Positions 19,903-29,811 of a stretch of DNA of 64,000 bases are shown piece after piece (position 1 is the first letter of the stretch; each line of letters begins with the position of its first letter). Source of the DNA: an uncultured virus (IMG/VR IMGVR_UViG_3300014043_000231) (taxonomy: Duplodnaviria > Heunggongvirae > Uroviricota > Caudoviricetes); the IMG/VR virus record IMGVR_UViG_3300014043_000231. One strand, given 5' to 3'. A model generated the notes under the pieces. It saw only the letters and a program-made list of their open reading frames with translations, ran no database searches and was not told the DNA's origin. Both the position numbers and the translations under genes were made by a program.

Positions 19903-19918
19903 GCATGCAATGATAGCA
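19903..19918 (-). promoter_or_regulatory. extended -10 leaderless promoter (TGCTATCAT-N7-ATG), representative of many copies
   Basis: Same geometry before ATGs at 3186, 11257, 13298, 13595, 16460, 21170, 24891, 27909, 34693, 38430, 39134, 39570, 52463, 58186. Confidence 0.8.
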
Positions 19919-19944
19919 TATGAATCGGCAATCAGGAATTTTCA

Positions 19945-21066
19945 TCATTCGGCAATGGCGAGGACTGATGCTTTCACTTTATGCATGATGCGGCCATCCG
20001 GTTCAAAATCAGAACCGACATATCGGCCACCTGAAATTTGAACGCGCGTTCCGACACGCAGGCGAGGATTATCCTTTATGAAGAATTTAATCATTGCACC
20101 GTCAACACGATTCTGACCTATTGCAATTACTTTCTGCTCACCTGTTTTCCTATCCTTGAAACGGCTTATCTTACTTATATACAAATCAGGAAGCATTCCA
20201 TATATTTTTCTTACTCTGTTGCCATCACTCACCGCGAACGGACGTTCTGTTTTCTTACCTTGCATTTCAGCGTCATATTGTTGTTTTTTCATTCTCATCA
20301 TTTGCAGGAATTTATCAGGATCTGACGCAATGGCTTGTTTCGGATTCTTCTTATAGTCAGATGAATATATTTTCTTCTCACCATCATCCGCCAAATAACA
20401 ACCAGCCATCATTGAATGAATCATGTAATCATTGAATTCATCAGGATGTGCTTTAACAAAAGCATGGAAACGTTCATCCTCTGAATCCTTAACATGCTGG
20501 TATAACACCATTTCCGATGGTGAGCCGGAAATATGAGCCGCATATTTCAAACGATGACATTTAGGGCAATCCACTTTCCTGCCATCATCCTCTGTCAGCC
20601 TGCCTTCAGCATGGCAATAATTGCATTCACGGGCGAATTCGATTATTTCATCCCAGTCCTGTGAATTATGCATGACAGGAACATAACTCACATTGCCGAT
20701 TTTCATTGGATTACAACTGATGACATGAGCATGAGCATTATCACCGAACATTGTGTCACGGAACTCGTCATTATTCATTGTTTCAGGATCAGGTTCCGGA
20801 TTATTGCCATTAGTCATTCCAATGCCATTCTTATTAGCCTGCGCCTGCTTATATTTCTGATATGCGAGAATTTTCTGATTCATTTTAATCGTCGCATCTC
20901 TTGCATCAGTCGCCATGACATCATCAGCGCCATGCAACCGGCATGGCGTGGATGCACATGGAACCATTTTATTCTCAGCTTTCGAATAATGCCATGATGA
21001 CAACACAGGTGCCTTTTGGACTGGTTCCGCCGGTTTCTGTGTTTTCTTACGCAAGAAATCAAACAT
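19945..21066 (-). CDS. hypothetical protein with N-terminal H..C..C..H tag and internal CxxC-CxxC zinc site
   Basis: WHYSKAENKMVPCASTPCRLH; CNYC...CPKC. Confidence 0.75.
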   Translation of the reverse strand: MFDFLRKKTQKPAEPVQKAPVLSSWHYSKAENKMVPCASTPCRLHGADDVMATDARDATIKMNQKILAYQKYKQAQANKNGIGMTNGNNPEPDPETMNNDEFRDTMFGDNAHAHVISCNPMKIGNVSYVPVMHNSQDWDEIIEFARECNYCHAEGRLTEDDGRKVDCPKCHRLKYAAHISGSPSEMVLYQHVKDSEDERFHAFVKAHPDEFNDYMIHSMMAGCYLADDGEKKIYSSDYKKNPKQAIASDPDKFLQMMRMKKQQYDAEMQGKKTERPFAVSDGNRVRKIYGMLPDLYISKISRFKDRKTGEQKVIAIGQNRVDGAMIKFFIKDNPRLRVGTRVQISGGRYVGSDFEPDGRIMHKVKASVLAIAE

Positions 21067-21169
21067 GAATAAATGCTCCCATCTGATGATAAATTATGCT
21101 TTAAAATATCCAATCATCAATCTATCATCATTTTCCTTCATAACTGAAGCCAATGCTATCATTGTACAT

Positions 21170-21949
21170 ATGATTACAGGAAATGGCATAACAAACATAG
21201 CTAAATTAAACATTGATTTTGAAGAGAAAGCGCGTGAACTCCAGCATGGCAATAACATGGAAGTGGATGAAACAATGGCACGCATCCGGTTGATGCATCA
21301 TAATAATACCAGTGTTGAAAGCATGATAACATCATTGGATAAATATAAACAACAAAAACTTAAAACCGCCGCCACCTATGCTGAAACCACTCCCGGTGAA
21401 CTATTATTGAAACTCATCAATGAACCTGATAACATGTTGGCCTATCCGATAATCGGCAAAACAACCAGCAGGATGGCTTATCAGGAACCATTGCAGTATA
21501 AAACGCTAACTGAACAATCAACCACAATATATGAACTTGTCAATCAGCCTAACAATAATAAAATCCTTGCTAATAAACTGAAATCATTGAACGCTTACAT
21601 GGAAACTAAAAGCATTGATTTCACTGGTAAGGCACAAGGCGCATCAGGTATTGAATACACTGTGTTCATAGCGGCTAAATACACTGCTGCGAATGGCGGG
21701 GCACAGGATAATCAGCGGAATGATTTGGAAACATTCGCGGAAGCAGCTACAAGAATACCGGCATCCGATAACATAATAATGGTACTGCTTGCGGATGGCG
21801 CATATTATAATAGCATGCCTCATTATAATCATCAATCATTCTATGATGCCATGCGTTCACAATATGCCAGTATTTATAACACGCGATTAATTGCTACGAC
21901 AACAACTGATTTTGATGTTAACATGAATGCAATGCTGACACGCATTTAA
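21170..21949 (+). CDS. putative restriction endonuclease
   Basis: KSIDF...AAKYTAANGGAQDNQ...LLADGAYY; convergent with and overlapping a methyltransferase. Confidence 0.55.
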   Translation: MITGNGITNIAKLNIDFEEKARELQHGNNMEVDETMARIRLMHHNNTSVESMITSLDKYKQQKLKTAATYAETTPGELLLKLINEPDNMLAYPIIGKTTSRMAYQEPLQYKTLTEQSTTIYELVNQPNNNKILANKLKSLNAYMETKSIDFTGKAQGASGIEYTVFIAAKYTAANGGAQDNQRNDLETFAEAATRIPASDNIIMVLLADGAYYNSMPHYNHQSFYDAMRSQYASIYNTRLIATTTTDFDVNMNAMLTRI

Positions 21950-22986
21950 CTATTCTCATTAATGGCTTTCCGCAGTATCATTCCAGCTTCCCGGAAAGCA
22001 AGCCTGCGCCGGTATTTACCATCTTTCCTTGCGCCCTTGAATGATGTCATGAACACATCATTGGTTTCATCACGCCATGAGTTCAAAATATGATTCGCCT
22101 TCATTATCTGAGTATCAGTGATAGGTTTACCATCCTTCCGGCTTATACGAGTCAAGGAACGGGATGATACTTTAATTTCATCCGGTGAAATATCACTGTC
22201 CATGCCACGCGCGAACCTGATATCCGCTGTATTCCCTGAATCCACTGCATGCAAACCGACATCACCATGCGGATCATTGAAAGTCAAGCCAATATCAGAG
22301 CCATTTGAATATAATGATTCCATTGATTTCAATTTCAACCCTGATAATGAATCAATCATGCGTCCAGTGTTATCATGAATCATTGTCATTCTGCCATCAT
22401 TGCCATACATACTCACATCATCATCAAATAATGCAAGGCACACTGGACAATCCGTATCATTGAACAGTCCTGCTTTCAATGAAATCACATGTGAACAACG
22501 TGATTTGTCAAATTTGCTTGTAATGAATGATTCCGGGATTATCAATGCGGCATGATCAGCATGTTGCAGACATGTGTCCAATGCAACCTGATATATATCA
22601 TCATATGGTTTCCCGCCATCATTAAAAGGCAAATGCCTGCGTGTCGCGCTATTACGGGCAAGATAAGGCGGATTAGTGATTATCAAATCATAATCCCCAG
22701 GAATGTTCAATAAAGTGTCCGCTGTGATAATATTAACATCATCAATGACCGGTTCAGGATTCGGTTGAATGTCAAATGCCGTCCATTTAATGCATGATTC
22801 CAATGCTGGCATGGTTTCACGAATATGACGGATTAATGACAGCGAACCGGCATAAGGTTCACACGCTGCAATGTTTTCATGAGCGCAAATACCATCAAGC
22901 CATTCTTTGAACACGGGCATGTAAAAAGGATTGCCTTCCGTCATCCATTGTCCATGTTCCCGTTTCATCAAACCGTAATCATCCAT
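21946..22986 (-). CDS. amino-DNA methyltransferase
   Basis: HGQWMT, CEPYAGS, ITNPPYLARNS, DDIYQ, LIIPESF. Confidence 0.85.
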   Translation of the reverse strand: MDDYGLMKREHGQWMTEGNPFYMPVFKEWLDGICAHENIAACEPYAGSLSLIRHIRETMPALESCIKWTAFDIQPNPEPVIDDVNIITADTLLNIPGDYDLIITNPPYLARNSATRRHLPFNDGGKPYDDIYQVALDTCLQHADHAALIIPESFITSKFDKSRCSHVISLKAGLFNDTDCPVCLALFDDDVSMYGNDGRMTMIHDNTGRMIDSLSGLKLKSMESLYSNGSDIGLTFNDPHGDVGLHAVDSGNTADIRFARGMDSDISPDEIKVSSRSLTRISRKDGKPITDTQIMKANHILNSWRDETNDVFMTSFKGARKDGKYRRRLAFREAGMILRKAINENS

Positions 22987-23107
22987 GAGTTCATGATATC
23001 ATTGTGGACAACAGAGCGACACACATTCTGAAACATAGGAAGAATAATATTATGGAGGAAATAGTCTGTGAAAGCATGTTCGGTGTTACCGGAATAACCG
23101 GATGCGC

Positions 23108-23171
23108 TATCAATCATGTGAGAGGACACCGCACTTCAGGGCGGTGATGAATCACACACACGCATAACCAA
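23108..23171 (+). mobile_element. IS200/IS605 left-end remnant
   Basis: Near-identical to 63023-63084; hairpin caccgcacttcagggcggtg. Confidence 0.7.
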
Positions 23172-23303
23172 AACTCTCTATGTAATGAACCCCTGCGTCC
23201 GCGTTCAAATGATAATACGCTTTACACATTATAATATAAAATAATAACGCATGCAATGAATGTTAATGTGTTCATTGCATGCATTATTATTTTATGATTA
23301 TTA

Positions 23304-23891
23304 TTAGTTCGCGCGTTTAGTCAGAATTTCATCAATCAAACCATGTTCAAGGCATTTATCCGCTGTGAGAACGGTTTCATGCTGAGTGAATGCATTGATT
23401 TCATCCAATGACAATTTAGAATGAGCGGTTAATGTTTCCTCTAGTTTACCACGCAGGCGAGTGAGTTCATCGGCATAACTTTTAATGTCAGTTGATTTCG
23501 CTCTCTGTGAACCCATTGATGGTTGACGCAGAATGACACGGGCATGTTCAAGCATCATGCGTTTCTGTCCGATTGCAAGTAGAATACTTGCGGAACCTGA
23601 TGTTTGACCGAGACATACAGTATGAACAGGGCATGAAATGTAATTGATTGTATCCGCAATCATGAACACATCATCAATGCTTCCACCGGGACTATTCAAA
23701 TACAAGGTAATTCCTGCTTTATTGTCCTTCTGTTCCAATGCGAGCAATTGCGAGGTTACATTGCCTGCTACATTATAATCAATGATATCATTAATGAAAA
23801 TAATCCTATCCTTATATAATGTGTCAAACGGATTAGTGTAATTATAACCATATGGTGTTTTTTCAGCGATTTGAGGTAAATAATTTGACAT
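23304..23891 (-). CDS. clpP: ClpP paralogue, probably catalytically inactive (ClpR-like)
   Basis: DRIIF, LYLNSPGG; nucleophile region GQTSGSA, His position RVILRQP, Asp position QHETV. Confidence 0.85.
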   Translation of the reverse strand: MSNYLPQIAEKTPYGYNYTNPFDTLYKDRIIFINDIIDYNVAGNVTSQLLALEQKDNKAGITLYLNSPGGSIDDVFMIADTINYISCPVHTVCLGQTSGSASILLAIGQKRMMLEHARVILRQPSMGSQRAKSTDIKSYADELTRLRGKLEETLTAHSKLSLDEINAFTQHETVLTADKCLEHGLIDEILTKRAN

Positions 23892-23909
23892 TTTTAATGT
23901 TAATCCTTT

Positions 23910-24236
23910 TTATTCCAAACTTTTTTTCATGGCTTCATACATGCTTATCCGATTATCATGTTCATCAGGATAATCATCATCATCGTCATCATCATCAAGA
24001 ATTGAATCGGAATTCTTAATGAAACTGACACTATCCCATGGAATGAAAACATTACCGTCATCATCAGTGATTTCAATTCCATAATCCGTGAAATCATAAT
24101 TCCCAGGTAGAGCGGGAATTACAATATTCTCATCATCCAATAATGATTTAAGGAACACTGCAATAGGGAATGTCTTATCAATGTTGGATGCAAGTCCATG
24201 TTTCCTGCGCGTAGTGGTTTTAGTAGTTTCAGCCAT
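23910..24236 (-). CDS. small acidic hypothetical protein between the clpP genes
   Basis: 108 aa with poly-Asp tract. Confidence 0.65.
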   Translation of the reverse strand: MAETTKTTTRRKHGLASNIDKTFPIAVFLKSLLDDENIVIPALPGNYDFTDYGIEITDDDGNVFIPWDSVSFIKNSDSILDDDDDDDDYPDEHDNRISMYEAMKKSLE

Positions 24237-24240
24237 ATTC

Positions 24241-24891
24241 TCATGCCTCTGTTTTCTTAACTGTCCTGTGAGAATGTGAACGCTTTGTTTTCACTGGTTT
24301 CACGCCATTCACATAATCAACAAGTTCCTGTTCAGTGTGGACAATGTGATCAACGAAACCATAATCCAATGCTTCCTGCGCATTATACCAGTGATCATAT
24401 TCATTATCTTTCAGGATTTCATCAATCGGATGTCCAGTCTGTTCAGCTGTCAATGACGCCATTTCCTGCCGCATGCTTTCAATGAGTTGCGCTTCAATGC
24501 GCGCATCGGTTTCAGTGCCGCCAACACCACCTGATGGTTGATGCATGAGCACACGGGCATGCGGCATCAGGAAACGTTTACCGGGTGTTCCACTGGACAA
24601 TAGGAACTGTCCCATTGACGCGCACATTCCAATTCCGACTGTAACAACATCATTTGAAATGAATTTCATCGCATCGTAAATTCCCATGCCATCCGTAATG
24701 GAGCCACCAGGGGACGTAATATACAGGTAAATGTCCTTATCCGGGTCCTCACCATGCAATAAAAGCAGTTTATTGATTACAATGTTAGCAGTGGTTTCAT
24801 TCACTTCCTTATTCAACCAGATTATCCGGTTTTTCATAAGACGGTCTTCCAATGGCGTGATTGTTTTAATATTATCAATGTTATCGGTCAT
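24241..24891 (-). CDS. clpP: ATP-dependent Clp protease proteolytic subunit
   Basis: YITSPGGS, GMCASMGQFLL (Ser), RVLMHQP (His), EYDHW (Asp). Confidence 0.95.
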   Translation of the reverse strand: MTDNIDNIKTITPLEDRLMKNRIIWLNKEVNETTANIVINKLLLLHGEDPDKDIYLYITSPGGSITDGMGIYDAMKFISNDVVTVGIGMCASMGQFLLSSGTPGKRFLMPHARVLMHQPSGGVGGTETDARIEAQLIESMRQEMASLTAEQTGHPIDEILKDNEYDHWYNAQEALDYGFVDHIVHTEQELVDYVNGVKPVKTKRSHSHRTVKKTEA

Positions 24892-24997
24892 ATGAACAAT
24901 GATAGCATGATAATCCGGAACCCGCAAATCATGATAAGGAAACGAGCCGGAAGTTTTAGCGCTTCCGGCTCATGAGATAGGAAAAACATATGGACAA

Positions 24998-25609
24998 TCA
25001 TTCAATATCATCCAGCGCGGCATCATCATGATGATGCCCGGCATCAAAATGATCAAACAGCAAATGTTCACCGTTCAGCATTGCATCCAATGTTTTCAGC
25101 ACATGCAACGCCTGCTGAGCATGATTCATGCATACGACTGAATGGAACGCATGACTGACAATGGCCTCCGAATGCTCATCATTCATTGGATTCAACGGCA
25201 TGAGGCCAATGTTATCATACTTATCAGTGATGACTTCCAGATTCGTCCTCAAATCATTAATGTAGGCATGAGGCCATGCCAGCGTAGGGTCAGGGATTTC
25301 ATCCAGTTCATTATTACGATAAACCTCCACTGAAACCACACGATGCGCATCCATGAGTTCAATGATGCCATCAACGGCGTCAACAGCAGGCGAAACATCA
25401 TTGAAACGGACATGTCCTCCCATTGGCGTGTAGAAATCAATGATGAACAGCCTGTCATCATTATTATCCTCATTCATTTCATGTGAAATTTCCTGAATGA
25501 GCGAACCATCATCACGTTTCCAGCAATCCAATCGTAATGAACCATCCTGTTCCTCATGGTATGATTCCCAGTCATCCCCTGGCGTCCACCATGGTTTTTC
25601 AATTGCCAT
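24998..25609 (-). CDS. hypothetical acidic protein
   Basis: 203-aa ORF with GGAAGG RBS. Confidence 0.7.
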   Translation of the reverse strand: MAIEKPWWTPGDDWESYHEEQDGSLRLDCWKRDDGSLIQEISHEMNEDNNDDRLFIIDFYTPMGGHVRFNDVSPAVDAVDGIIELMDAHRVVSVEVYRNNELDEIPDPTLAWPHAYINDLRTNLEVITDKYDNIGLMPLNPMNDEHSEAIVSHAFHSVVCMNHAQQALHVLKTLDAMLNGEHLLFDHFDAGHHHDDAALDDIE

Positions 25610-25780
25610 AACATTTTCCTTCCAAGAACAATTAACGATTCTTTTTCAATTATGTTCACAATGATAGCATATGAATACAAACATTCGGTATTTCAATGTT
25701 TTCCATGAAGCGGATGGAACAATCACTGGCTCCATCCGCTTCAATGTTCATATTTTCATGCTATCATTCATGCATTATGC

Positions 25781-26140
25781 TCATTTGGTTTCCTCATTAT
25801 AATAATCCTCCTCGGTGTCCGCATCGGAACCGAGAGTGGAAACCGGATCATAACGGCGCTGAACACGTTTGTCCTGTGCTTTGCGCAGTCTGTTTACGAG
25901 AGTGTCCACGGCGCGGTCAACGGCACTGAACGCAGTGGAGCCAATGCCGTCAGTCCTGTAATCGCCATCAACATCAACGCTGACCTTGACTTTCCTGCCT
26001 TCGATTCCGAGGCAGACATGCATTACTTCCGCGCCAGTGAGCTTTTCAACACGGACTGCTTTCTTATCCGCGTAATCAATGAATTCATCACGTTCGCCAT
26101 CAACGAATTTCGGGTTATTCCCGGAAACATGGACTTCCAT
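25781..26140 (-). CDS. hpf: ribosome hibernation promoting factor (HPF/RaiA-like)
   Basis: MEVHVSG.N...DYADKKAVRVEK...SAVDRAVDTLVNRLRKAQDKR. Confidence 0.8.
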   Translation of the reverse strand: MEVHVSGNNPKFVDGERDEFIDYADKKAVRVEKLTGAEVMHVCLGIEGRKVKVSVDVDGDYRTDGIGSTAFSAVDRAVDTLVNRLRKAQDKRVQRRYDPVSTLGSDADTEEDYYNEETK

Positions 26141-26253
26141 CGTTCCATTCCTTTCAATTATACTGGCATTTCACTGGAATCAGCGTATTTCGCATCCCTC
26201 CGTGCCATCTGCTTACAATGTTATCACATGAACACAGGGGAATCAAACAGATA

Positions 26254-27687
26254 TCATTTCATTTCATGCACTGACCCGACATAATACCGTGATGAATCAA
26301 TCTCTGACACGATGGCAGTGTTCTCACCAGTCGTTCCCTGATTTGATTTCAATGATGACACTCCCTGTCCCTCAGAATACGTGTCAGCAATTGATTTCAA
26401 TGAATCCAAATCAATCTCAAACCGGAAACTGAAATTCCGGGAACCATCCCTGTCGATTCCCTTGCAACCATCATTTTCCTTCGCGTCATATGAATAACAG
26501 TATTTGAAACCATTATCATACGCGTTACCAGTATAATAATTCTTCTCATTCGCAATGAGTTCAAAAGCGAATGACACGTGATTCGCCGCCGGATTGACGA
26601 TTCCGGTGTCCATGCATTTCGTTTTCCAATCGGAAACCAGCATGTTCCGCGCATAGAAACACCCATACTGCTCATCGTTAATGTCGTCGGATGTTGCCAC
26701 ATTAACATCCGCCTTATAAACGCCGTATTTGTCAAAGAATACCTGCATGTCATCACCTGTCCGCAAACCGAGACTGGTGATTCCGGCGTCATGGCGCAAA
26801 CCGCTACCATTAGACTCCGGAACCGAAACAGCGGACGCGGCTTGCTCATCAGCCGTTTCCATGAGTATTTTATCCTTGTCATCATTGGAGGCATCCGGTT
26901 TCAATGTTCCATTCAATGATTCCTTCGGATTTCTGACGATGCCATCATAACCATAAGCGTTCTTCTCGCCGGTGTTATACAGTATCAAATCATATAAACC
27001 GAGATGATCATCCTGTATGGTTTTAGCCTTATCGGTGAAACCTTTCGGCGTACCGGAATACACGAGAGTTCTATCGGAATAATCCTTCCCTTCCGATGAT
27101 GAATCCTTGGCATATGAATAATCGTCTCCATCATCATTGAAAACGAACGCATTGACTGCGGGCATTATCGTTAGAATAATTGGGAGCAATATCGTTAGAA
27201 TAATTGGGAGCAAGAAAAACATGATGAACAGCCACTGAATGGCATGACCGATATCGAATTTCCCTCCTGCCTGTATCCGCGCACCACCATTGAATTTCTT
27301 AGCATCAGGAATCGGGTTGCCATTGGAAACGCCAACACCTGAATACATTGATGATGCCGACATGTTGCGATTAAACGGCTTCACAGGCGCGTCCGGCACC
27401 GCATTGGATACATTGTTCGCATTTGATGAGATCGGCTGCGAGAAAGGCGTTTCCGGATGTTTTACGGGCATGTCAGCATTCTTATCATCATTATTGAACG
27501 CATTGATTGCATTGGATACATTATCAGGCATTCCAATCGGCCTACTGGTAGTCCAGTTCACTTGCGCTGAACCGAATGCATTGGAATCATTATCAGCATG
27601 CTTCTTATTTTTCTTACTTGTCTTACCGTTATTCGCATCATAACCGGCGAAACCGCCGCCATTGAAAAAATCGTTGTTCCGTGCCAT
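26254..27687 (-). CDS. single-pass membrane protein with extracellular domain
   Basis: Disordered N-terminus, one long TM, Cys-containing C-terminal domain. Confidence 0.75.
   Translation of the reverse strand: MARNNDFFNGGGFAGYDANNGKTSKKNKKHADNDSNAFGSAQVNWTTSRPIGMPDNVSNAINAFNNDDKNADMPVKHPETPFSQPISSNANNVSNAVPDAPVKPFNRNMSASSMYSGVGVSNGNPIPDAKKFNGGARIQAGGKFDIGHAIQWLFIMFFLLPIILTILLPIILTIMPAVNAFVFNDDGDDYSYAKDSSSEGKDYSDRTLVYSGTPKGFTDKAKTIQDDHLGLYDLILYNTGEKNAYGYDGIVRNPKESLNGTLKPDASNDDKDKILMETADEQAASAVSVPESNGSGLRHDAGITSLGLRTGDDMQVFFDKYGVYKADVNVATSDDINDEQYGCFYARNMLVSDWKTKCMDTGIVNPAANHVSFAFELIANEKNYYTGNAYDNGFKYCYSYDAKENDGCKGIDRDGSRNFSFRFEIDLDSLKSIADTYSEGQGVSSLKSNQGTTGENTAIVSEIDSSRYYVGSVHEMK
27166..27213. 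repeat. perfect 24-bp tandem duplication lengthening a TM helix
   Basis: tatcgttagaataattgggagcaa x2 (LLPIILTI x2). Confidence 0.9.
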
Positions 27688-27908
27688 GATAATTGAATAT
27701 CCGAGTATCATACTATCATTGTAATCATATAAGGACAGAGAGATGCAATGAGAACTATTAGAGCATCATAAGAACATTCCAATCAATATGCTCGCATGAC
27801 AGCAATTGCATGCAATGAGATTCACTGACAGGAATATGAATAAATAATATGGTATAATGCGCGGTTCATGTGTTCATGTTAATGCATTCAAATGGTATCA
27901 TTGAGGAC

Positions 27909-29807
27909 ATGAGGAAACATGATAAACTTACGAACAATAAGGAAATGATGTCATGGCTGGACATGAATGCATCCATTCTGCATACAGGTTTTACCGAACA
28001 GGAAATACTATCACTGGTGGAAACATCAAACAAGGAATTATGCTGGCAATGTCCACATGACAACAGACATGCGTTCGCGCGCAGCGCATACAGTCAATAT
28101 AATGCGAAATACAAATGTCCAATATGCATGGGAATACTGATTATTGCAGGCGTGAATGATATCGCGACAATCCGGCCTGATGTAGCCGCAATGATGATTG
28201 ATAAGAACCTTGCAAGAACAAAAGGAGTTGGCTCGCATGAACACACTGAATTCAAATGCTTGCAGAATCCAACGCATCCCCATTGGAACGAGGCTATCCG
28301 AGAAATAGTGAATGGTCATGGTTGTCCGGAATGTTTCAATGAGAAACGAAAATATATTCGCCGCGCTAAAACAAAAGAGGAAAGCATTGGCTATGCTCAT
28401 CCTGAAATCATAACAGGCTGGAGTGATAAGAATGATGGGACGCCATTTGATTACCGTATATCATCATCAAAAAAGATAATTCTTAGTTGCGTTCAATGTA
28501 ATCATGAATACAAGGTGATAATTTCAAACATCACAGATGGACATAGGCAATATCCAGAATTATGTTTGCAATGTTCACAAGAACGCATAACATATGAACG
28601 AAATCATAGCATTAAAGAAAATAATATTGCCGTTGAATATCCATGGACGATTGATGAATGGGATGATAAAGGAAACGATGATTATACGCCATTTATGTTC
28701 ACAGCTGGTTCCACATTCAAGGCAAATTGGAAATGTATAAATGATAAGCGGCATGGAACATACATTGCAACCATTGAGGACAGAATAGGACGGAAACGTG
28801 GTTGTCCATATTGTTCACATAATCGCGTATTACCAGGCGTTACCGACTTGCAGACAAATCATCCTGAAATCGCCGCACAATGGAATCCTGTTAAAAACAA
28901 CGGTGATCTTCCAATCAATGAAGCATGCACATCACATAATATAAGAACATGGACATGCGATGAATGCGGACAGGACTGGCAGTCAACAGTTGCAAATCGT
29001 GTATATAAGCATTCAGGCTGTCCGAACTGCAATAGAATGAAACGAGCATGGCAAAACGGAATCAACGAATGCGTTGAACGCATGGCTGGCAGGAAAATGC
29101 TTATGGAGCGACGCATATTGGATATAGGAAATGATAGGAATGCCGAAATCGACATTTATGATGAGCAAACAAAAACAGGAATTGAGGCGAACGGACTCAT
29201 ATGGCATTCCAGCAGATTCATGGCTGATACAATGCGCCATCAAAAGAAATATTTGAATGCATGTGAGCAAGGAATAAAACTCATAATGTGCTGGGCAGAC
29301 GATTATGATGAGTACCCTGATGCAATTATGGATTTAATACGCAGATGCATGAACATAGCTGGAATAAAATCACATGGAACAACAAGAATGGAACAATTAA
29401 CAGATGAACACATTGATTTCATGCATGAAAACTCATTATTCCATGAATCCGCATTAGAAGGTTATAATGCAATAACTACACGAAATGATGACAATGAAAT
29501 CATTGCATGCATGATATCACGAAATAATATGATAATCGGATATACTGAAAAGAATTATCATGATTCCAATGCATTCGATGAATCTATTGAATTATTGAAA
29601 CAATCATATGATGTTATTCATGCAACGACAGTGAATGGCGAATCATGGGAGACCCCATTTGAACGCACTGGATTCAAACGAACAAGAATATGTTCGCCAC
29701 GACGCATGACATTATTAAAAAGCAAAAGAATCGCATATGATTCGGCATCATCGCTTCCATATGTTGATGATGCTGGGACAACAGAATGGCTATTGAAAAA
29801 TAATTGA
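27909..29807 (+). CDS. repeated zinc-ribbon protein with PD-(D/E)XK-like nuclease domain
   Basis: Multiple W.C...H...GCP.C repeats; EIDIYDEQTKTGIEANGLIWHS; C-terminal VDDAG. Confidence 0.85.
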   Translation: MRKHDKLTNNKEMMSWLDMNASILHTGFTEQEILSLVETSNKELCWQCPHDNRHAFARSAYSQYNAKYKCPICMGILIIAGVNDIATIRPDVAAMMIDKNLARTKGVGSHEHTEFKCLQNPTHPHWNEAIREIVNGHGCPECFNEKRKYIRRAKTKEESIGYAHPEIITGWSDKNDGTPFDYRISSSKKIILSCVQCNHEYKVIISNITDGHRQYPELCLQCSQERITYERNHSIKENNIAVEYPWTIDEWDDKGNDDYTPFMFTAGSTFKANWKCINDKRHGTYIATIEDRIGRKRGCPYCSHNRVLPGVTDLQTNHPEIAAQWNPVKNNGDLPINEACTSHNIRTWTCDECGQDWQSTVANRVYKHSGCPNCNRMKRAWQNGINECVERMAGRKMLMERRILDIGNDRNAEIDIYDEQTKTGIEANGLIWHSSRFMADTMRHQKKYLNACEQGIKLIMCWADDYDEYPDAIMDLIRRCMNIAGIKSHGTTRMEQLTDEHIDFMHENSLFHESALEGYNAITTRNDDNEIIACMISRNNMIIGYTEKNYHDSNAFDESIELLKQSYDVIHATTVNGESWETPFERTGFKRTRICSPRRMTLLKSKRIAYDSASSLPYVDDAGTTEWLLKNN

Positions 29808-29811
29808 TATA

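Noticed and set aside
26215..26231. 17-nt match (acaatgttatcacatga) to the flank of the 63026-63286 mini-element as a TnpB target
   Set aside because: The first four, seed-proximal guide positions mismatch; both sites are simply copies of the common -10 promoter motif
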